From assembly GCA_963766675.1 (NCBI GenBank), contig CAVYBA010000002.1, forward strand, positions 8,662 through 72,661: DNA of 64,000 bases. The letters are read 5' to 3'. Both the position numbers and the translations under genes were made by a program. Below the pieces are notes generated by a model. That model was not told the origin of the DNA. It saw only the letters and a list, made by a program, of their open reading frames with translations, and did not search any database. This document shows positions 29,930 through 39,168 of this stretch, in pieces (position 1 is the stretch's first letter; each line of letters opens with the position of its first letter). Origin of the DNA: an uncultured Chloroflexia bacterium. GTDB taxonomy: Bacteria > Chloroflexota > Limnocylindria > Limnocylindrales > CSP1-4.

Positions 29930-30784
29930 TCAACTCCTCAGGAGGAACAGGGCAAGGACGTTGCTCCCGGCGAGCACCAGCGTGACGGCCCAGGTCGACC
30001 GAAGGACCAGCTGCCATTTGGCCCGCGAGGTCGAGTTGTCGACCAGGATCTCGAGGAAATACGCCGCCAGGAAGGCAGCCAGCGCCAGCGGAACACTCCA
30101 GTTGACGAGGAGCACGAAGAACAACGCCAGCAGCGCCGACTCGTACCAGTGCGCCAGCTCCACCCAGCCGATGAGCCGGCCGGACATGTCGCTGGTCAAT
30201 CCGCGGACCAGCTCCTGGTGCGGGTGGTGCGACGTCGAGATATCGAACGGCGACTTGCGCAGCTTGATCGTCGCCACGAGCAGGAACGCCAGGATGATCC
30301 CGGGCAGGAGCAGCGCCACGTGCTCCGGTGAAGCGACGACGCCGGCGAACGTGCTTTCGCCGGTGACCTTGCAGATCGCGGCCATCATCAGGATGAAGAA
30401 CGGCTCGGAGGCGAGCAGCACGATGAGCTCGCGTTCGGCGCCGGTGAAGCTGTAGGGCGAATTCACCGACCCCGCGGCGAGCACCAGGAACAACGCCGCC
30501 AGGGCGAACACGAAGGCGGTGAACAGGAGGTCGACACCACCGACGACCATCGCACCCGACAGCGCCATGAACACCACGTGGCCGATCAGGAGCGGCTCGG
30601 CGATGGGGTTGAGCGGCCGGACGTCCTTCTGGAGGAGCTTGCCGAGGTCGTAGAACGGCTGGAGCACGGGTGGGCCCACCCGGCTTTGCATCCGTGCGCT
30701 CACGACGCGGTCGACCCCGGTCAGCAGACCGCCGAACAACGGCGCCAGCACCAGGTACAGCGGGACCAGCAGCAGGCCGTTCAT
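29930..30784 (-). CDS. echB: Ech hydrogenase membrane subunit B (NuoH-like)
   Basis: DR...ARMQSRVGPP..QPFYD..KL, KSPFD, HQELVRG. Confidence 0.9.
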   Translation of the reverse strand: MNGLLLVPLYLVLAPLFGGLLTGVDRVVSARMQSRVGPPVLQPFYDLGKLLQKDVRPLNPIAEPLLIGHVVFMALSGAMVVGGVDLLFTAFVFALAALFLVLAAGSVNSPYSFTGAERELIVLLASEPFFILMMAAICKVTGESTFAGVVASPEHVALLLPGIILAFLLVATIKLRKSPFDISTSHHPHQELVRGLTSDMSGRLIGWVELAHWYESALLALFFVLLVNWSVPLALAAFLAAYFLEILVDNSTSRAKWQLVLRSTWAVTLVLAGSNVLALFLLRS

Positions 30785-32712
30785 GTGCGGAGGACCGCGC
30801 CCGCGAAGACCATCGCGGCCAGCAGGGCGCCACAGACCACGGCGCCCGCGCGGAACACGGCGTCTCCGTTGACGACGCCCACGAGGTAGTAATTCCGGAG
30901 CGTCACGTCCCGGTTGCCACCGAGGGCCGCGGCGATGGCGTGCTCGCCGTCCGTGGTCCGTCCGCTGGCATAGAAATCCCCGACGTCGTAGTCCGCCTTC
31001 CGCCACGACCACAGGGCCAGGACCGGAAGGAACAGGACGGCCAGGACCATGAACGAGACGATGGCCGGCTCCAGGTGGAGGAGCACGCCGCTCCCGCCCG
31101 GGAAGAGCTCCCGCGCATACGGGCCGACCACCCATGCTGACAGCAGGCCGAGTGACGCGGCGGCGACGATCACCAGCCCGGCGTGCGCGATCTCCGCGAA
31201 CCACTCGAACCTGGTGACCCGATCCTCGACGGACCGGTGGTAGGCATCGACGGCCTGGGTCGACAGGACCTTGATGAGGAGCTTGCCCCAGTAGAACATC
31301 GTCAGCGCGCTGCCGAAGGCCATGATCACCACGAAGGCGGCCCCCTGCCAGCCCGGGACCTCGAGGAATGCCCGAATCGCCGACCACTTCGCCAGGACGA
31401 TCCCGAACGGGGCGATGAACATTCCGGCGATCCCGGTCAGGGCAAGGACGCTCAGCCGCGGCATCCGGCTGAGCAGGGCGTCGAAATGCTCCATGTCCTT
31501 CGTGTACAGCCGGTTCTCCAGCGTCCCCACGACGAGGAACAGCAGGCTCTTGGCGACGGCGTGGAACACGATCAGCATCACGCCGACCCAGGCGAGCTCC
31601 GCACCGCCCACCCCCGCGCAACCGACGATCAGGCCGAGGGTCCCGATGGTCGAATAGGCAAGGACCATCTTCGTGTTCTGTTCGGTCGTCGCGACGAACG
31701 ACACGAACAGGAAGGTGAGCAGGCCGGTGAACGCGACGAACGTGCCGACGGCCGAGCCGGCCATGGCCGGCGACAGTCGCAACAGCAGGAACACGCCGGC
31801 CTTCACCATCGTGCTCGAATGCAGCAATGCGGACGTGGGGGACGGGGCGTACATCGCACCGAGCAGCCACGACGAGAACGGCAGCTGGGCGCTCTTCGTG
31901 ATCCCGGCGAGGGCGAGCAACGCGATCGCCGGCAACAGTGCCGCCCCGGCGGGTCCGGCGGTCAGGCGGGCCAGGTCGAGGCCGTCGGGCTGCAGGGCCA
32001 GGAGCACGATCGCCAGCGAGAACCCGAGGCCGCCGAACAGGTTCATGTTCAGGGCTCGGAACGCGTAGCCGATGGTGTCGCCGGTCCGCGTGTAGCCGAT
32101 GAGGAGGAACGAGCAGAGCGTCGTCACCTCCCAGAACACGAGCATCAGCGGGAGGTAGTTCGCCGCCACCAGCCCGAACATCGCGGCGAGGAACAGGAAC
32201 AGGAGCGGGAAGAACGCCCGGCGCCGACCACGCGTCTGCGGGTAGGTCCGCTGGTAGTCGCGCATGTACCCCAGCGCGTGGACGCAGATGAGGGTGCCGA
32301 TGATCCCGACGATCAGGACCATGATCATCGACAGACGGTCGAAGCCGAACAGCCGATCGGGGTCGACCGCCGGGATCCGGCCGGATGCCTCGAGCCACAG
32401 GGCGATGGCCAACTGCGCGGTCGCGAAGACCGGTGCCATCCGGCGACCGTGCTGCAGGCTGATCACGATGACGACCAGCGCGGTGGCGGCTTCGGCGGCC
32501 ACGATCGCCGCGCCGGGCTCGACTCCCCCGGGGAGCCCGAAGAACACTGCCGCGCCATTCCCGAACGCGATCGCGGTGGCGACGGAGGCGACGGCGATCA
32601 GGGCACATGCCCCGACGACCAGGGCATTCCGGACCGGGCCCCGGGTGACGAACACCAGCAGGACGGCGACGAGCAGCGGGAAGACGACCAGGAACGAGAG
32701 GAGGACACTCAA
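30781..32712 (-). CDS. echA: Ech hydrogenase antiporter-like subunit A (NuoL/MrpA-like)
   Basis: FWEVTTLCSFLLIG, KSAQLPF..WL..AM.AP.P.SALLHSSTMVKAG, LAYST, FHAVAK. Confidence 0.92.
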   Translation of the reverse strand: MSVLLSFLVVFPLLVAVLLVFVTRGPVRNALVVGACALIAVASVATAIAFGNGAAVFFGLPGGVEPGAAIVAAEAATALVVIVISLQHGRRMAPVFATAQLAIALWLEASGRIPAVDPDRLFGFDRLSMIMVLIVGIIGTLICVHALGYMRDYQRTYPQTRGRRRAFFPLLFLFLAAMFGLVAANYLPLMLVFWEVTTLCSFLLIGYTRTGDTIGYAFRALNMNLFGGLGFSLAIVLLALQPDGLDLARLTAGPAGAALLPAIALLALAGITKSAQLPFSSWLLGAMYAPSPTSALLHSSTMVKAGVFLLLRLSPAMAGSAVGTFVAFTGLLTFLFVSFVATTEQNTKMVLAYSTIGTLGLIVGCAGVGGAELAWVGVMLIVFHAVAKSLLFLVVGTLENRLYTKDMEHFDALLSRMPRLSVLALTGIAGMFIAPFGIVLAKWSAIRAFLEVPGWQGAAFVVIMAFGSALTMFYWGKLLIKVLSTQAVDAYHRSVEDRVTRFEWFAEIAHAGLVIVAAASLGLLSAWVVGPYARELFPGGSGVLLHLEPAIVSFMVLAVLFLPVLALWSWRKADYDVGDFYASGRTTDGEHAIAAALGGNRDVTLRNYYLVGVVNGDAVFRAGAVVCGALLAAMVFAGAVLRT

Positions 32713-32724
32713 GGGACGAGGGGC

Positions 32725-33114
32725 TCAGTCCGGCTCGTGGAGGGCGTGGTTGACCAGGTAGAGCAGGACGTCCGGCATGACCGGCTTGGCGAGGTAGCGG
32801 TCGACCGGGATCCAGCCGCCGTCCCGATCCTGGTGTTCGCGCTCGCGGGAGGACAGGACCTCGTCGGCGCGCGTGACCATGAGCAACGGCACGGTGGGAA
32901 ATTCGGAGGCAAGCGTGCGGGCGAGATCGAACCCGGCCTGCCCGCCATCGAGCATCGCCTCGAGGACCACGGCGTCGGGTGGATTTCGGCGAGCGGCCTC
33001 GATCGCTGCGGACGTCGTGTCTGCGACGGTGACGGCGTGGCCACCGGCCTCGAACGTGCTCGCATGGCGATTCACGACGTCGGCATCGTCGTCGACAAGG
33101 AGGATGTGTGCCAC
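32725..33114 (-). CDS. Single-domain receiver protein with the phosphoacceptor Asp replaced by Glu
   Basis: HILLVDDD...PDAVVLEAML...LMVT...YLAKP. Confidence 0.8.
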   Translation of the reverse strand: MAHILLVDDDADVVNRHASTFEAGGHAVTVADTTSAAIEAARRNPPDAVVLEAMLDGGQAGFDLARTLASEFPTVPLLMVTRADEVLSSREREHQDRDGGWIPVDRYLAKPVMPDVLLYLVNHALHEPD

Positions 33115-33302
33115 TTGCACTCCGGACTGACGGCGAAGCACCTGATATCGGCCAATCGCCTTATAAGTCGACGCTCTGAACTCTCTCATGCCACGATCCG
33201 TAAGGCAGCCGCCATTCGGCACATGAACTGCAGGCAATTCGACCCGAAACGGGAGCCGGGCGACCCTGTAGGGCCGGCGAGGGCCGGCCATACGATGCCG
33301 GC

Positions 33303-33656
33303 GTGCACGAGTTCTCGATCGCCCAGGCGCTTGCGGTCCAGGTCCAGCGCCACGCGCCGGCTGGAGTGCGCGTGCGCTCGGTGAACATCCGGATTGGCGC
33401 ACTCCGGGGCCTCGAGCCCGAGTCGCTGGCGATCTGCTGGCAGGCGGTGACGATCGGCACGCCGATCGAGGGTTCCGCATTGCACGTCGATCAGCGGCCG
33501 TGGTCCATCCATTGCCCGACCTGCGATCGGACCTGGGACAGCCCGGCCCCGTTCGTCGCGTGCGCGTGCGGAGAGGCGGCGCCGGCACCGCGGGGCGGTG
33601 ACGAGCTCGACCTGGTGTCGCTCACCGTCGACGAGGAGGAGGCCGTGCGTGCCTGA
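33303..33656 (+). CDS. hypA: Hydrogenase nickel metallochaperone
   Basis: N-terminal MHE, CPTC...CACG, GGDEL. Confidence 0.88.
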   Translation: MHEFSIAQALAVQVQRHAPAGVRVRSVNIRIGALRGLEPESLAICWQAVTIGTPIEGSALHVDQRPWSIHCPTCDRTWDSPAPFVACACGEAAPAPRGGDELDLVSLTVDEEEAVRA

Positions 33657-34314
33657 CGACAGCCGGACGATCACCCTGCCCGTCGCCGAGCACGTGCTCG
33701 GCGTCAACGACACGATCGCGGCCGACAACCGGACCGAGCTCCTGCGCCGGGACATCGTGGCCATCGACCTGATCGGTGCGCCCGGGAGCGGCAAGACCAG
33801 CCTGCTCGAGGCCACCCTGCGCGAGCTGCAGGGGCGGCGGCGTCCCGCGGTCCTGGTCGGCGACCTGACGACGCGTCGCGATGGCGACCGCCTGGCTCGC
33901 TGGTGCGACCAGGTCGTCCAGATCTCGACCGGACAGGGCTGCCACCTCGAGGCGCATCACGTCCGCGACGCATTCGGCCAGATCGACCTCGGGGCGATCG
34001 ACCTTCTGTTCATCGAGAACGTCGGCAACTTGATCTGTCCGGTCGGCTTCGACCTCGGACAGGCGGCCACCGTCGGGCTGTTCAGCCTGACCGAAGGCGA
34101 CGACAAGGCGGCCAAGCACCCCTACCTCGTCGAGACAGCCGACCTGCTGCTGCTCGACAAGATCGACCTCGCGCCGTACGTGACGTTCGATCGCGCCGGC
34201 TTCGAGCGGGACGTTCGGCTGCTCAACCCGTCGGTCCCGGTGCTCGGCGTCTCGGCGGTGACCGGCGAGGGTCTCGACGCCTGGGTCGAGTGGCTGGTGG
34301 CCCAGGCCGGTTGA
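33649..34314 (+). CDS. hypB: Hydrogenase nickel incorporation GTPase
   Basis: GAPGSGKTS, GCHL, IENVGNLICP..FDLG, EGDDK. Confidence 0.92.
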   Translation: MPDDSRTITLPVAEHVLGVNDTIAADNRTELLRRDIVAIDLIGAPGSGKTSLLEATLRELQGRRRPAVLVGDLTTRRDGDRLARWCDQVVQISTGQGCHLEAHHVRDAFGQIDLGAIDLLFIENVGNLICPVGFDLGQAATVGLFSLTEGDDKAAKHPYLVETADLLLLDKIDLAPYVTFDRAGFERDVRLLNPSVPVLGVSAVTGEGLDAWVEWLVAQAG

Positions 34315-34413
34315 GCGCGTTTGCCCCCGTGGGCTTGTGAAGCCGTATGATCCGCCGCACGTCCTGAGGTCGTTCCAGGACGGATGGTCCTGACGCACCA
34401 GGGGGCGAGCACG

Positions 34414-37400
34414 ATGCATGCTCGTAGGGGGAACGCTTCGCTGAGGCTGACTGGACGAGGCCGTGCCGTCATCATCGGCGCTGCCCTGTCGGCGATGGTC
34501 GCCGGATTGTCGACCAACGGCAGCGCCGTGGTGAGTGCGAAGGCCGTCATCGACCCGCCCATCGCGGCACCCGCCTTGGCGGCTCCTCCGACGTCTTCAA
34601 GCCCGGATGCGGCGACGGCCGTGACGCCGGGCTCGACCTCCGCCAGCGTCGCCAGCGGGCAGAGCGCGCCCGTCACCCGATCCGGCTTCCAGGACACGGT
34701 GATCTGGAGCGGGCTGACCAACCCGACGGCGATCCGGTTCGCCTCGGATGGGCGCGTCTTCGTGGCCGAGAAGTCAGGGCTGATCAAGGTGTTCGACAGC
34801 CTTGCGGACCCAACCCCGACCATCTTCGCGGACCTGCGCACGAACGTGGACGATTACTGGGACAGAGGGCTCCTTGGGATGGCCCTCGATCCGGGCTTTC
34901 CGGCCAAGCCGTACGTGTACGTTGCCTACACCTTCGACGCGCCGCCCGGCGGCAGCGCACCGCGCTGGAACGACGCCTGCCCGTCGCCGCCGGGGCCGAC
35001 CACTGACGGGTGTGTCGTGACCGGGCGCCTCTCCCGTCTGACCATGGGCAACGGCGGGGTGAGTACCGGCGAGGAGCCATTGATCACGGCCTGGTGCCAG
35101 CAGTATCCAAGCCATTCCATGGGCGCGCTCCAGTTCGGCGCAGACGGCGCGCTGTACCTGTCGGCCGGCGAGGGAGCCGGAATCACGTTCATCGACTACG
35201 GGAATCGTGGCGGAGCCGCCGGCAGCCCCACCAGCGCGAATCCGTGCGGCGATCCGCCGGGGGGAACGGGAGTCGCGGCGACGCCTCCCGACGCGCAGGG
35301 CGGGGCGCTTCGGAGCCAGAGCCTGCGACGACCCGCCGGGGAACCCGCCGTGCTGAGCGGGTCGCTGCTGCGGCTGGATCCGGCATCGGGCCTTGCGGCC
35401 GGCGGGAACCCGCTCGCCGCAAGCCCGGACCTGAACGCCCGTCGCATCGTCGGCTATGGCTTGCGGAACCCGTTCCGGTTTGCGATCCGGCCAGGCACCA
35501 ACGAGCTGTGGGTCGGGGACGTCGGCTGGGACGATTGGGAGGAGATCGATCGCATCCCGAATCCCCTGAGCCCGACGGTCTCGAACATGGGCTGGCCCTG
35601 CTACGAAGGCTTCGGCCAGCAGACCGGCTACCGAGCCGTGGGGCTGGCCTCGTGCTCGTCGCTCTACGCAAACCCCGTCGGCCTCACGGCGCCGTACTAC
35701 GCCTACAGCCACAGCGCTCATGTCGCCACCGGGGAAACGTGCCCGACCGGCAGTTCCTCGATCTCGGGCCTCGCCTTCTATGCCGGCGGGGGTTATCCAG
35801 CGTCGTACGACGGCGCGTTGTTCTTCGCCGATCACTCGCGCCGCTGCATCTGGGCGATGCTCGCCGGCGCCGATGGGCTCCCGGACCCGACCCGGATCCA
35901 GGCGTTCGACACCGGCGCAGCCAACCCAGTCGACCTGGTCGCCGGTCCCGATGGCGACATCTTCTACCCCGACTACGACGGCGGCGCCATCCACCGCATC
36001 AGTTACAGCACGGTCAACCAGCCGCCGACCGCGTCGATCGTGGCGACACCGCCGTCGGGGCCGTCGCCGCTCGTGGTTGCCCTCGATGGATCCGGCTCGA
36101 CAGACCCGGAGGGCGGACCCCTTACGTATTCGTGGGACCTCGACGGGAATGGAACCCTGGGCGACTCCTCGATCGCCAAGCCGACGGTCACCTTCCGGAC
36201 CGCCGGGACGCACACGGTCCGGCTACGGGTCACCGATCGCGGCGGGTTGAGCCGGATCGCCAGTCTCGACGTGCTGGTCGACGATTCCCTTCCCCACCCC
36301 CAGATCGACGGTCCGGTTGCGGCGCGGACCTGGAAGGTCGGTGATCGGATCGCATTCAGCGGCCACGCCACCGACGGCAGCGGGGCGTTGATCCCGCCCA
36401 CAGGCCTCTCCTGGAAGCTGGTGCTCTTCCATTGCCCGTCCAACTGTCACACCCATTCGATCCAGGCGTGGGACGGGGTTGCCTCAGGATCCTTCGAGGC
36501 GCCGGACCATGATTACCCGTCCTACCTGGAGCTGACCCTGACGGCAACGGATGCCCTCGGCCGGCAGGCCAGCACCTCGGTCGCGCTGCAACCGAGAACC
36601 GTCGACCTGACGTTCCGGACGGTGCCGAGCGGTCTCAAGCTCGTGGTCGGGACACAGTCCGAGGCGACCGCCCCGTTCACGCGAACGGTGATCGCCGGAT
36701 CGGCCATCGGTGTGAGCGCAGGCAGCCCGCAGACCCTCGGCGGGGCCACCTACGTCTATGCCTCGTGGTCCGATCACGAGTCGGCGACCCATCTCGTCAC
36801 GGCGCCGGAGACGTCAGGCACGTACACCGCGACCTTCGTCCGGGTCACCAGCCTCACAAGCTACCTGTCGGATCTGCCGTATACCGTTGTAACCAACGGC
36901 TGGGGGCCCGTCGAGAGGGATCGAAGCAACGGCGGCAAGGGCCTCGGCGACGGAGGACCGCTGACCCTCGGCGGGATCGCATACGCCAAGGGCCTTGGGA
37001 CCAATGCCGTGTCCGATGTGCGATTCGGGTTGAGGACGTGTACCCGGTTCACGGCAGAGATCGGGATCGACGACGAAGTCGGGGCGAGAGGTTCCGTCAC
37101 CTTCGAGGTCTGGACCGACGGCGTGAAGACGTATGACTCGGGGCTCCTGGTGGGCGACAGCCCCACCAGATCTGTCAGCGTGGACCTGACCGGCAAATCC
37201 AGCCTGCGCCTGGTCGTCACCGACGGTGGGGACAACATCGACTACGACCATGGCGACTGGGCAGACGCCAAGGTGACCTGCAGCGTTGCGCCTGCCGCGG
37301 ACCACACTCGTCCGACGGTCGTCAGGCACAACCCGCGCACGAGCGCAACCGGCGTCAGCCGGTCCATCCATCCGAATGCGACCTTCTCTGAGGCGCTGAA

Positions 37401-37635
37401 CCCGTCGACCGTCACGCGATCGACCGTGGTCGTCACGAAGTCAGCCACCGGGGCGGTCATCTCGGGCACCGTCGCGTACGATCGGACGACCCGAATGGCG
37501 ATCTTCCGTCCGTCCCGGGCGCTGGCGCCAGCGACCACCTACCGCGTCCGGATCAAGGGTGGATCCCATGGCGTAAAGGACCTGGCCGGCAACGCGCTCA
37601 AGGCCGACGTCACATGGGTCTTCAAGACGCGATAG
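34414..37635 (+). CDS. Secreted PQQ-dependent sugar dehydrogenase (GSDH) beta-propeller with PKD, NPCBM and Ig-like (Big_5) domains
   Basis: Signal-like N-terminus; DRGLLGMALDP, YGLRNPFR, GDVG...EEI; PKD LTYSWDLDGNG; NPCBM YLSDL...GWGPVERD...KGLG; ATFSEAL...VKDLAGN; start uncertain. Confidence 0.85.
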   Translation: MHARRGNASLRLTGRGRAVIIGAALSAMVAGLSTNGSAVVSAKAVIDPPIAAPALAAPPTSSSPDAATAVTPGSTSASVASGQSAPVTRSGFQDTVIWSGLTNPTAIRFASDGRVFVAEKSGLIKVFDSLADPTPTIFADLRTNVDDYWDRGLLGMALDPGFPAKPYVYVAYTFDAPPGGSAPRWNDACPSPPGPTTDGCVVTGRLSRLTMGNGGVSTGEEPLITAWCQQYPSHSMGALQFGADGALYLSAGEGAGITFIDYGNRGGAAGSPTSANPCGDPPGGTGVAATPPDAQGGALRSQSLRRPAGEPAVLSGSLLRLDPASGLAAGGNPLAASPDLNARRIVGYGLRNPFRFAIRPGTNELWVGDVGWDDWEEIDRIPNPLSPTVSNMGWPCYEGFGQQTGYRAVGLASCSSLYANPVGLTAPYYAYSHSAHVATGETCPTGSSSISGLAFYAGGGYPASYDGALFFADHSRRCIWAMLAGADGLPDPTRIQAFDTGAANPVDLVAGPDGDIFYPDYDGGAIHRISYSTVNQPPTASIVATPPSGPSPLVVALDGSGSTDPEGGPLTYSWDLDGNGTLGDSSIAKPTVTFRTAGTHTVRLRVTDRGGLSRIASLDVLVDDSLPHPQIDGPVAARTWKVGDRIAFSGHATDGSGALIPPTGLSWKLVLFHCPSNCHTHSIQAWDGVASGSFEAPDHDYPSYLELTLTATDALGRQASTSVALQPRTVDLTFRTVPSGLKLVVGTQSEATAPFTRTVIAGSAIGVSAGSPQTLGGATYVYASWSDHESATHLVTAPETSGTYTATFVRVTSLTSYLSDLPYTVVTNGWGPVERDRSNGGKGLGDGGPLTLGGIAYAKGLGTNAVSDVRFGLRTCTRFTAEIGIDDEVGARGSVTFEVWTDGVKTYDSGLLVGDSPTRSVSVDLTGKSSLRLVVTDGGDNIDYDHGDWADAKVTCSVAPAADHTRPTVVRHNPRTSATGVSRSIHPNATFSEALNPSTVTRSTVVVTKSATGAVISGTVAYDRTTRMAIFRPSRALAPATTYRVRIKGGSHGVKDLAGNALKADVTWVFKTR

Positions 37636-37810
37636 GGCGTTCGGACGCGGCAACGCGGGCCATGGGCGCCAATCGTCGACTCGGCACGACGCCGTCGCGA
37701 GTGGCGTTCCAGGCCGAGGCGCCGAGGAGCATCGGAGCGAGCGCATCCGCGATGCGTGAGCGAGGAAGCGGACGCGGCAGCGCGGGCCTGGGGCGCCAGT
37801 CGCGGCGGCG

Positions 37811-37887
37811 TGGTACCCCCAAGGGGATTCGAACCCCTGATCTCCACCTTGAAAGGGTGGCGTCCTAGGCCTCTAGACGATGGGGGC
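37811..37887 (-). tRNA. tRNA-Glu (TTC) with encoded CCA
   Basis: GCCCCCATCGTCTAGAGGCCTAGGACGCCACCCTTTCAAGGTGGAGATCAGGGGTTCGAATCCCCTTGGGGGTACCA; TG-G-TAGACT -10 upstream. Confidence 0.97.
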
Positions 37888-38117
37888 GGGAACGGCGGGA
37901 GTCTACCAGAGGGTCTCGATCGAGCCGGGTCCGGTCGGATCGCCCATCGCTCCCGGTCGGGCCCAGGGGTCGCCACCAGGCGCGGGTTCGCAATATTCGA
38001 ACGTCGACGCGAGGCGATCCCGCAGGAATCGCCCGGTTCGTGTCACAAGCGCGCTCGGATGTGCTGGAACTGCGCCTGTGAGCCACGGCCCACGGGCCGG
38101 ATCCAACGCCCGACTGA

Positions 38118-38498
38118 TCAGGCGGGCGTCCGTGTCAGCAGGAACAGGATGATCGCGCCGGCGAGGCAGCCGCTCCCGATGATCGCGGCCAGCCCGCCCG
38201 CCACGGCGAGGCCCAGGGCACGGCCGTTTCGACCCTCGATGCCGGCGTGCCATGTGGCACGGACGCAGTAGACGGCGAGCGCGACGAAGACGAGACCGAG
38301 CGCCACGGACCCGGCGGCCAGGAGCGGGATCTGCGACGCATCGCGGACGGTGATGGTGTACAGCACGAACAGCACCGACCCGATCAGCGCGATCGCAAGC
38401 ATCGCCACGCCGGGCGTGACCCGCGGCATGTTCGGCAGCTGCAGGTCACCGCTCCGCCGTGCCTGCGGCGATCGTCGAGGGCTCCGCGTCGGCGTCAC
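38118..38498 (-). CDS. Small membrane protein (3 TM)
   Basis: Hydrophobic helices; last gene of an apparent minus-strand run. Confidence 0.7.
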   Translation of the reverse strand: MTPTRSPRRSPQARRSGDLQLPNMPRVTPGVAMLAIALIGSVLFVLYTITVRDASQIPLLAAGSVALGLVFVALAVYCVRATWHAGIEGRNGRALGLAVAGGLAAIIGSGCLAGAIILFLLTRTPA

Positions 38499-38501
38499 GA
38501 T

Positions 38502-39140
38502 TCAGGCGCCGGGCTCGGCCACTGCCGGATCACCGAACGTCCGGTGATAGATCGCGACGTTGTACGACAGGCGCGGACGCTTCACGTTCGATGCGACGGC
38601 TCGACCGGTATCCGCAAAGGCGGCCGCCAGGAACTCGCCGACCGCGTCGACGGAGTCGAACGTCCAGAAGCAATGCACCACCCGGACCTTGAACCCGTTG
38701 CTCAGGAACGGGCCGCTACGCTTGCTCCACGGCCCGTACTCGGGTCGCGCTCCGCGCAGATGCGAGACGTCGTCGCGACCGTAGTCGTGGACGACCAGGA
38801 GCCGGCCACCCGGCCGGAGGACCCGTTGCGCCTCGACCAGCTCGTCGGGTGCCGCCCCGCGGAACGAGGACCACAGGCTGATGACGACATCGGCCGACCG
38901 ATCCGGGACGTCGAACGCGACGGCGCCGTCGGCGCGGCGCGCGGCGATACAGACGAGTCGAGCTCCAAGACCGCGCAGCTGTCGCGCCCGGAGACCGTCG
39001 ATGCCGTCGAGCAGCAGGACGTCGCGATCGGCGACCGGGCCGAGCGCGTCGAGCGCGCGGATGATCTTGCCCTCGACGTCGAGGATGCTTGCCAGGCGCT
39101 CATTGAGGCCGTCCTCGAGCTCCACCGGGAGTTCTGCCAT
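38502..39140 (-). CDS. Methyltransferase-like protein (degenerate SAM motif)
   Basis: VPDRSADVV, RVLRPGGRLLVV; glycine-rich motif I is weak. Confidence 0.65.
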   Translation of the reverse strand: MAELPVELEDGLNERLASILDVEGKIIRALDALGPVADRDVLLLDGIDGLRARQLRGLGARLVCIAARRADGAVAFDVPDRSADVVISLWSSFRGAAPDELVEAQRVLRPGGRLLVVHDYGRDDVSHLRGARPEYGPWSKRSGPFLSNGFKVRVVHCFWTFDSVDAVGEFLAAAFADTGRAVASNVKRPRLSYNVAIYHRTFGDPAVAEPGA

Positions 39141-39168
39141 GGGACCGGGAGTATACGGGCGGCAGGCC

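Noticed and set aside
27577-32712. NADH dehydrogenase (nuo) operon
   Set aside because: The large subunit keeps both CxxC nickel motifs, only six subunits occur in ech order, and hypAB are adjacent
6237-33384. Long alternative-frame ORFs (e.g. 6237-8342, 16162-18363, 24735-26429, 31183-33384)
   Set aside because: Arg/Pro/Gly-rich shadows of real genes, expected at ~70% GC where stop codons are scarce
34346-34430. Three small hairpins ahead of the GSDH gene as a riboswitch
   Set aside because: Stems are short, expected by chance at this GC content, and match no aptamer I recognise
37640-37810. attL/attR duplication of the tRNA-Glu 3' end
   Set aside because: No second copy of the tRNA end found by eye in the window
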